Part shown: positions 23,775 through 32,961 of the stretch, in pieces
How the letters are laid out: each line of letters begins with the position of its first letter
Position numbering within the stretch: the first letter of the stretch is position 1
Assembly: GCA_964304625.1 (NCBI GenBank)
Contig: OZ199840.1
Coordinates: forward strand, 2,932,028-2,964,988
Source of the DNA: Kudoa neothunni
Lineage: Eukaryota > Animalia > Cnidaria
Direction: 5' to 3'
DNA length: 32,961 nucleotides
Program-made: the position numbers and the translations under genes
Notes under the pieces: model-generated
What the model was told of the DNA's origin: nothing
The model's database searches: none
What the model saw: only the letters and a program-made list of their open reading frames with translations

Positions 23775-25027
23775 TTAATATTCATTGCTTTCGCAATAGT
23801 TAGAGCTCGATATTATGAGATCTCCATAGGCTTGTTGGATCCAATCATTAATTTCAAAATCGTCTTGTCAACCAATCAAAGTGTGGTTCTTTAGTTATAT
23901 TGAATTTTATTTACCTAAAGGACAAGTTGATAAAATATTGGATCGTATTGGATAATTGTTGATTGCGTAAATAAGAGTGAGGATCGCCTTTTTTTGTTCT
24001 AAAGCAGTGTTTCCCAACCTCTTTTCTGTCGCGCTCCACCTTTTGCAAAAGTATTGTTTTTTAATTTAAACTGTTTATAACATTGAATGAAGCTCCCTAT
24101 CACACCAAAATTTGAATGCAATTAATATATACTTCTTTTCTCATTAAAATTAAAATGTATTAGACAAGCTCTAACTAAATTTATCCATGGACCTTAAAAA
24201 TTTAATCTTTAATTCTTCATACTGCCAAAGACAGCGTCAGGTGAATCTCATGATAATCTAACCTCCATTAGGAAAGACTTTGGTGTATACGGGGCTAATG
24301 GACCGAAAATAAATAATATAAATACAAAATTAATCAATATTATATTAGATTTAATAAAAAAAGGGGATATGCTATTCTAAATGAGACACGATTGTGAATC
24401 GAACCATTCTGATTCCATCTGGATGAAGATGTCAAATATTGCTAATAATTTTTATATAATTAGTCGTTGCTATTTTCAATGTTATTTTAAAAAGCTCAAT
24501 TAACTGGGAAATTTGAGAATAATTATAAATATTATGTTAATACATATCTTTTATAAAATATATGGAACTTTTTAATTTATTTATTATCAAAATATACTTA
24601 TCTAATAAAAAAATATAAGTAAGAAACCATACTAATTAGTATGAAGCCAAAAATTCTGATATTATATGAAAAAATTACGCCCGCTTTTTAATTTATTTCA
24701 AGTAGTTTCCGTTGTAACCAATTAAAGTAAGTTACCTGCCTCGGTATAAGCACATGAGATATTCCTTGTGGTACTTAAATATTTTAGTTTCTTGCGATCA
24801 CCGATAAGAGGTAATATAAGCTGATTTTATATTTTTTCAATTAAAATAAAATTTGAACTGTTTCGTAAAGCTATTTTGGATACATGAATTTTTCGAAATA
24901 TTATGAATCCTCGCAAAATTTTCATTGAGGAAACCAATGCTCCTAATCAATCGTTAACAATAATAGTAACTCAGTTAACGTGAATGATATCATATAAACC
25001 TGGTATTGAAATATTGAGAAACTTCAT
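23775..25027 (-). CDS. Hypothetical 114-aa protein, 5 exons
   Basis: Phase-consistent GT-AG exons 25000-25027, 24884-24942, 24736-24820, 23915-23998 and 23775-23863 give MKFLNISIPGALVSSMKILRGFIIFRKIHLILPLIGDRKKL...QQAYGDLIISSSNYCESNEY*. No homology recognised. Confidence 0.55.
24005..24480. mobile_element. Diverged, truncated second copy of the hAT MITE, in opposite orientation to 3120-3801
   Basis: Starts CAGTGTTTCCCAAC and is colinear with the reverse complement of about 3310-3801 (shared ATTAATATATACT, TTTTCTCATT-AAATTAAAATGTATT, GTGTATACGG, TATATAATTAGTC). Second TIR and TSD not found. Confidence 0.8.
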
Positions 25028-25137
25028 TTTACAACGTTAATGAAGAGGTATTAAATAACAATCAAAACATAATAAAAGATTATTCCAGACATAGAATATA
25101 AACGATTGATATATTATTGGAGTAAGTTATCAGGTTA

Positions 25138-26370
25138 TTACTCCTTATAATGTTTGAGAACTTTTTCAACCTCATCTTTTGATCCCATGTATATAGGAGA
25201 TGTTTGATGGATATATGCTGGTTGGATGTCAAGAATATCTTGGGCGGGTGTCACGGCCAATCCGCCAGCACTCACAACAATGTAGGCCATGGGAATACAT
25301 TCATAGAGCAATCTCAACTGAAAACCAAATCACATGAATGAATGAATGAATTCCACCCAATGAATACCTTTCCTTTGGGGAACTGCTTTGTGGAAGGGTA
25401 GATGTAAATTCCTCCATACATTAGAGTACGGTGGATGTCGCTAACCATTGAGCCAACATACCTTCCTTTGTACTGTTCTTTGGGATTCTAGAAGATATGA
25501 TTAGGCATTAGATTCAATTAAAGCTGTTTAGATAATTTTAAATACATTTGGATTTTTGATATCATTCAAATAGCTGATAAGATGGGGGTCGAAAGAACTG
25601 GCAGCACCTTCGTTAATACTATAGATGTGGCCCATACTTGGTACTCGAACATTCTTATGTGTTAGGATAAATTCGCCCACTCCCTAAAGCAATAAACTTC
25701 CATACACCACATAAAGATGCGATTTACTGGCTCTAAGGTGAATAAATTCACATGATTGTTAATAGCGAGTACCATAACAGTGGCACTACCGTATAACACA
25801 TATCCAGCGGCTATAAGATCATTTCCACGTTGAAACATGTCACTGTCTTTTGTAGCACCATCGGGTTTTTTCCAGATGGCAAAAATGGATCCAATAGGAG
25901 CCAAGCAGTCAATGTTACTGGATCCATCAAGCGGATCAAATGCTACAATATATCGAGAAGACTCAGAGCATGGCAAGTCGATTGAATGTTCGATTTCTTC
26001 AGAAATTAGAGTACAAGCAGTTCGTGAGGATGTAATATAATTGATGAAAAGTTCGTTGGAAATGACGTCTAGTTTTTTTTGAGTGTCCCCAGTTGTGTTG
26101 GTAGCACCACTCAAACCAAATCTATTCGCAATGAAACCCGTTAAATAATGATTTAAATCAATTCTATAGATTTCGCGCCCACTAAAATTTATACATTTTG
26201 ACAATTCCAGCTCTTCTCACAGCCATAGCTATAGTTTTGCATGCAGTAGCAATGGAAAATAACAAGTGTGTTAAATCACCCCTGGCGCTTGGATATTTCT
26301 TTTGCACGAGCAATATCCATCTGCCGAGGGTCATGCAATCAAGATCAATACCATCAACATTCACCGACAT
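25138..26370 (-). CDS. FBP1: Fructose-1,6-bisphosphatase class I, 5 exons, 335 aa
   Basis: Exons 26195-26370, 25728-26121, 25546-25683, 25368-25487 and 25138-25317. Motifs [48 protein letters not shown] and GKLRLLYEC. Confidence 0.97.
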
Positions 26371-26559
26371 TGGGAACAACTAACAGCAGTCACTTGATTA
26401 GGATTTAGATTGGAGCCTAGGATTATTTTTAAAAAATATGTAAAGTATTTAACTTTCTCGGCTCGCAGAGATATCATTTTGGTATTAAAACGCTCATTTA
26501 TTTTGATATATTTTATAGGAATAAAAAAGTTGTCAAATTTTGCGGAAAGGATTTTTGTT

Positions 26560-27240
26560 TACGCCACCTATCACCAACGGTCTAATCCCAAGTTACGCAA
26601 TAATTCCTATGGAGACGAAATCTCTTTTCATATTTGGCGCTCCAGTCATCCAAACATGAGAGTTTGAGTGTAGTAGAACAGTCAGTGAAAATCGGGGAAG
26701 GTCGCTTATCAACTGGTTGGTTAAATAGTTGATACAAATCTGCATTTAATATCGTCTAATGTGAATTTTAGTCAGTAGCTAGATGTAAAAAAGATTATTG
26801 TTCTTCATTTACGGAAAATTTTAGTAGTAGACCTAGATTCCCAAAATATCTCCATATTCTGAGTTACACCTAAGCACATCACTAGAATAATATTCGCTGT
26901 ATTTTCATAGTGTGGGCCTATTCACGATTATTAGTGAGGGAGAAAACTTAGATGAATACAGAAATTGAGTGAAGAAAACGCAGAAGTATGACCTAAACTC
27001 CATTCTCACATATGAGCTACATTAACTCAGTCTTCTTCCGAAATATTCAATCTGCATTTTATAGTTTTCCTGTGTGCGAAACTTTGGATTTGAAATTTCG
27101 CTATTATGCTGACTCGGCTTTTTGAGAGAGATAAGTTTTGACGCAGTTCCTTTTACGATAAAAAGCTTCTGGTTAAGATCTCATTAATGTATTTCAAATC
27201 TTAGAAGGTGCCATCACATTCAAACATGATTGCATACAAA
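26560..27240 (-). pseudogene. Possible degraded Tc1-like transposase relic
   Basis: Broken frames reading FLYSSKFS...KYSEYY...YGDILGI faintly resemble the Tc1 FSDESKF...GG..VWG region. No TIRs identified. Confidence 0.2.
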
Positions 27241-29181
27241 GCTAATATGACAAAAACTAGAAAAAATGAATTATTAATCAAAATGTGCTGAAATTGAACC
27301 AGAAATAATAATTATTGTGAGTATTTTAACCATTATTTACATATCTACGTATGTGTTAACTGGATGATTTTGATTTTAAATAATGAGGGAATTTTAACGT
27401 CGACTATAGGATAATCAACTATTCGACATTACATAAAGTAGCCGCAATGTAAAAATTCACCAATGCATCCTCTCACATTTTAACAACGCTAGAAATCGTC
27501 GATATTTGAATTAATTTTGAAAAACTCTCAAAAAACGCCATGATAACGAGTATTTTTTTTTAATTTTTATCATTATGTTCTAGAGATAATCGTAAATTTA
27601 TAAGTATCATAATATTTTTTATGATTTAGGAAAATACCTCTAAGTCTTAATTTTCTCGTTTTGATATGGTTATTTGTAAGATTTTACCGTATGACACCTA
27701 AGATGGAGGATATCTCCCTCCGTTAGACTACGTTTATTGAACTTATCATTATAATATAGTAGGATAGGATGGCATTGGTTGAAACTAGTTTTAAGCTGAT
27801 GCTCCGGATAAATAATAAAATTTTTTAAATTTATCGATATTCCTCCCACTGAACTATTGTAAACTCATTAACATTTCCAAATAAAAGTACAAGCATCAAT
27901 GAAAAAATTATATCAAATACCTTACGATGCACCGTATTTTATTTCCTAAAAAACTTCTAGATCAACCTTAAATGTATCACCTACTACTCATGTGTTGCAA
28001 ATATTTCTGCCCCGAATAAGATTATGAGCAGCAGATATAAAAATCTTATAAAGGAAGATGATCCAGAATTGGAAAAACAAAACTATTCGTTTCCTGGGTG
28101 AGAATACATGATTCATTTAAATTATTTTCACTATTTAATTCCATCATCTATAGTTGTACATATTTTCATAGATATCTTTATTTATTTATTATGATAATTT
28201 TGCGGATATCTTTCCTTGTTGACCATAAGGAAAAAATTTTTAGTTGATTATTGGCTAAATTCCTTAGATTTATAACTTTACAAGAGAAAAATTGTGATTT
28301 AAACGTACGACCCCAAGCTATATGATTATAAGTATCATATAATTTAACACATATATTCTCAGCTAAAAAAGCCCATAGAGGGTTTTTTGTTGTATAATTT
28401 AGTATATATTTATTTTTTGCATATAATAATTTTTATAATAAATTTCTTCTTTGTCGTTTTGTTTTAATTAATATAAATGATATTTTCAAGGCGGCCTCAC
28501 AGATATGATTATGTATGTGTGTAACTAATTATGTCGTCATCGACGAGAATTCGTTACACCTAATTTTAAAATCCTTCCTCAACTTTTTCTTATATAATCA
28601 AGATGCAATAAAAAACAAACACATTTGACGAATTCAATTTCTCATGAGAAGTTGCAACTCTTGCATTACAATATGGGAGAGGCTAGTTACATTGTTAATT
28701 TTTAATCCTAAATAGCGCGGTACGCACGCGCGTTAACAACTTTAAATCCTACTAACTTTTATTTACAAAGTATATAAAAACCTAATTTTTAAGAATTTTC
28801 TATATTTATTTGTTTTCGTTCTACCGCTTCGATCTTTGGAATAAAAAATAATTAATATTGTCAAAATTAATGGAACCTGATTATTATTCACCATGCAAAT
28901 AATCGTTTCTTACAATATCATACATCGAAAAGAACACTAACGAAAATAATTAATGTTTATTATTAATTTTTTTATCATATTTATTAAATATTTTTCAATT
29001 GAAATATAGTTTTTATCATTATCAATTATTTTGTACAGCGAATACGTAATTTTGATTCGGATAAATAATAATTGTGTAAATATAATTAAATCCGACATAC
29101 CGAATAAACTAAAGTAGGTAGCTAATTTTCCGAACTTTCGAGATTCTTACGATAAAAATTTTAGAAACGGTCTTATTTTAA

Positions 29182-29257
29182 CCTTTCAAGCATCTTTGGG
29201 ATCCATTGGACCCCACTCGAAGGAATGTGTAACGTGAGTTTTCAGGCGCTCGGAAGG
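29182..29257. mobile_element. Possible miniature piggyBac-like element or footprint
   Basis: TTAA|CCTTTCAAGC ... GCTCGGAAGG|CTAA (8/10 inverted ends), with an internal GGGATCC-ATT-GGACCCC hairpin. Confidence 0.3.
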
Positions 29258-29366
29258 CTAAGGTCTAGCTCAGCACTAGTAGCAGTAGATAAATACCAAA
29301 TAAACGATTGTCAAATCATATAAATTGTGATGGCGTATGAAAAAAAAACAACGAACAATTTTGAAG

Positions 29367-30336
29367 CTAAGCACGATGCTCCATAAAAGTAGAAATCGCT
29401 CTGTACACAAATCGATACTGGTCAAGAGTTTGAACCATTAGTGGCCGGGATAATCTGTGAAATAATTTTTCAAAAAGGTTTGGACCAAAGCAACTCACCT
29501 CAAATTTTTAACAAAATCGCAGATATTCACCGAACTGCCATCTTTGAGATAATGTCTAATGGCGTTATCGAATGTTATGAAAGAGCCTGTTCTTCCCACA
29601 CCAGCGCTACAATGAACCACCTAACAGAAATTAAATTAATTAAATCAAATCTTCATAGTTCAGTGTTAAATGAAAAATCAACAAAAATTTAATGGCCCAA
29701 CCTTTGGGCTAGAATCGAATTCGGTATCGTGGAGAATCGATTGTTGAAATGCAATAAAGTTTGTTGGATTATTAGGAACTTTTTGATCTTTCCATTCGGT
29801 AAAATGGTAATGTTTAATTAGTCTTGAGAATTGATTATTGAAATCCATTCTCAAGAGTGTAGTTTCAGAGTATGAAGTGGATTCACTTGAAACGATACTA
29901 ATAGTCATTTGATTGGGGAGCGAAAGAGGGATTCCCAGCTGTGGTAAATAGTTGTAACATTTTATAACACCACTTTCTACAAAACCAGTCAGCTGGACAA
30001 TACATTTGACCTGGTATTGGTCAATCATATCATAAAAATCCACAAGTGTATTTTCTAGTGGCCCATTAATAGCAATATAGTCCCGGTCCGAATTAATTCC
30101 TCCTATCCAGGAACCATTACAATAATCGGAATCAGCATAAGTCCTCGGTTTCAGATGAACCAACGAAAAATCAGCAGGTATAACATCGGCATATCGATTT
30201 TTATGGATATTCACCGGAAGATGTCCAATAGTGGAAGTTGCTAACATTACTTGACTTATATCAAAAAATTCATCTCTGATATGATCACCCGATGATTTAG
30301 TAGATTCAAGGTCCAATTTGAATAGGTCAGAAAACT
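29367..30336 (-). CDS. Classical protein tyrosine phosphatase catalytic domain (3' three exons; 5' exons probably extend towards about 31300, possibly receptor-type)
   Basis: Exons 29702-30336, 29499-29620 and 29367-29454. Motifs KNRYADV, DYCNGS, YIAINGPL, KCYNY, HFTEWKD, VHCSAGVGRTG and MVQTLDQYRF. Upstream exon-like pieces (e.g. LYPGEKY at about 30870-30895) could not be assembled confidently. Confidence 0.92.
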
Positions 30337-32961
30337 CTAAAATTAACCACATTAATACGACGAAATTGTCGATGACAGTAAACAAATAATGTAAATCAAT
30401 CTGATACGTCGCTCCCTTGGGCACGTCATAACTCGATCAAATCGAAAATTTTATGAAGAAACAAATGCGGCAAATAATAGAAGGTGAGCGGTTTGATGAT
30501 TTGCTAAACTCCTAAAACCTTCACCTTTTTATCGGGACTTCGTCGATCAATTCCGGTATCAAGTGTTATCGCTTGTTTTTAATTTACCTTATTAGAACAG
30601 CTTAGTTGATGCGTCAAATCAAGAAATATCAATATTAAGATTAAATATTGATTATTGGATACTAGCGGTTTCTTTATTATATAATGACCCACGACAGGTA
30701 AAATAGGTTGCGTGAAGTTTCTCTCATGTTTGTGATTGTTGAGATTATTTTAAAACTAAACGAATAATCATATGGTCACGTGGGTTTGATATTTTTCTTA
30801 CATCTCGTCTATTAATAGAGTATTAAGCCCAAATAATACTGTCGGAAGATCCGATGCAGTCGTTGCTGACAAATATTTTTCACCTGGATACAATAGAAGG
30901 ATAACGCCTAATGTGATAAATTAATAAAATATTGATCAACGTATGTTTATTCATTGGTCCATATTTAAATGGACTAAATTGTGTGAATCTGAGACGTAAG
31001 CTGTGTACTCTTATTTTTATTTCTAACAAATTATCGAACCCTACCAAAAAATCATTTTCAATGTACCGTTGCATAAAAGTAAAAATAGGGAATATTTGTA
31101 ATATTATGGACATTAATTTTATAATTATCATAAGAGTTCAAAAATTCAAGATTCTCTTCTTGTATTTAATATTCGGTTAATACATAGGGCTCACCACCTT
31201 ATTTTACAAGAAATCTAAAATCTATCATTATCTATCCGAAAAAAATTCGTTAAGTTTTGTTAATCGCGTACTTTGAGCAGATTTGGTCGTTAATGCTGAA
31301 ATGAGCGGCCTCATTTAATGCCCTTAATTTTATTAAAAATTGAAATATAAGCAGTTTTATTATAATATCAAAATACGACAAAATAGATAAAGTTTGCTCT
31401 TTTAAACTTTTTTAGACATTTTAAAATATGATATAGGGTCACGCTTGTCTTATGACTAAGGTTGGCTTTACTTGAATCTAATTTTTTTAACATTAAATTA
31501 AATTTTGAATTACATTGAAACAGAACTAGTGCGTAATAGACCCCATTCGTAATCGGTTATTATGATTGCATTAAACTAAATTTTTTTCGTCACTTACTGA
31601 TTAAAATAACACAAAATATTCGTGTTTATTATTTATGTGGAAGAAAACAAAAATAAACTCCGTCCTAGAAGTGTGCTTAAACCCCGATTTGTTCGTATTT
31701 CGAACAAATTTTTCCCATGAAAAATAATGAAAATTAATTTACTACGCTACCGCGCACCAAATAAATGACTATTTTTATTCCCATCCATTAAAGAAAATCA
31801 TGCCTTATGTTTATAAAACGTAACAAGTAAATATTAAATATAATAACTAAAATAAAATATAGGATAAGTATTATTTGGGTATCATACAATGGATTATAAA
31901 GAGTTCTCTTTCGCTGACGTTCACATAATTTGATTGAACTACTCTTCTTCTAAAATTTTTTGTCTTCTCTGTTTTATGCTCTAACTGGATTTTTTCTGAG
32001 TATCCTTTCTATATTTGTTTGAACTCAAAATTTTTGGTCGAACTCCAAGGTTGTTCTGTAATCGGAATCTCTCTCTAAAACATACCGAGTATGATGCATT
32101 CGCAATCGAAGTTAAAATAAGTCTGATAAACAAATATTTATTAGATGAATTATAATGAAAATTGGTTTATGTATTCAGTATACTATTTTTTATTTATTAG
32201 CGTATGAAATTTAAAGTGATAATTAAACTCTTTGTCATTTGTAAATAAATTGTTGATAAAATATTTTCGTAGTCAAAAGTATGTAAAGTGTATTATATTT
32301 AATTTTAAATGAAAGGAGAAATAAATTATTCGATGCTTTAAAAAAGATTTATTTCTTAAACATGTTATTTTTTTAAATAAACTATAGGACAAATAAGTAT
32401 TATAATTTAATTAGCGTCAAGATTGGGTTTTTTTGTTTGTTGAATTATTTTGGACTAGCGCTCATGCTCAGCTTTGCCTGATACTATGTGATGGAAAATT
32501 CTAACTTTTAGCTTTCTTTCAGTGTAGTGAAATTCTACGGTAAAGTTAATTTAATTTAATTGGAGGGTTAAAACCCACACATTTTAAGTCTTCGTTTTTA
32601 TTTATGCATTTTAAAGTTTGACATTATTTTTGCACCGTGGTTATTTAGAGACACCAAAATATGCATGTACTTTTCAGTATAATATAAATATAGATGTTGA
32701 TAGAAAATCATTGAATATTTTTAAGTATATTATACAAATTATTGATTATAAATACAAAGATTACAATTTTATGAGAAATCTAATTAGCGATTAATACTTA
32801 TTTGTTAAAAAACACATTAAGTAATTTAAAACAGGGCTTTCGGCTCTTATCAAAATTTTGCGATATAAATTAATTCTTATAATTATCAAATCTATCATTA
32901 GTCTACAAACGATAAGAAAAAAAATACGTGATATATGCCGAAAATAGATAATTAATTACTC

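Noticed and set aside
1-32961. CRISPR arrays, rRNA/tRNA genes, prokaryotic systems or an alternative genetic code
   Set aside because: None seen. The sequence is eukaryotic with spliceosomal introns, and the intact genes translate with the standard code.

Overview
Very AT-rich eukaryotic genomic DNA with many short GT-AG introns (mostly 24-100 nt), so the ORF track fragments the real genes. The gene set and compaction suggest a reduced animal genome, possibly a myxozoan-like parasite; this is inference only. Manual splicing gives an intact 21-exon SNX14-like sorting nexin (+, 1235-6868), a lineage-specific single-pass coiled-coil membrane protein (-), a 5-exon 114-aa orphan (-), fructose-1,6-bisphosphatase (-, 5 exons) and a classical protein tyrosine phosphatase (-). 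Between them are decayed DNA transposons: a Mutator/MULE with TIRs, TSD and introns, a hAT relic, two copies of a hAT MITE, a tiny pogo/Tigger-like MITE and weaker piggyBac/Tc1-like relics. The most interesting element is invisible to the ORF track: an intergenic, tightly packed cluster of box C/D snoRNAs at about 23230-23516, just downstream of a TATA box. It holds a SNORD2/snR39B-like guide, a SNORD31/snR67-like guide and a SNORD97-like guide predicted to 2'-O-methylate wobble C34 of elongator tRNA-Met, followed by an unidentified structured segment. Family and RNA assignments rest on motif recall, not database searches.
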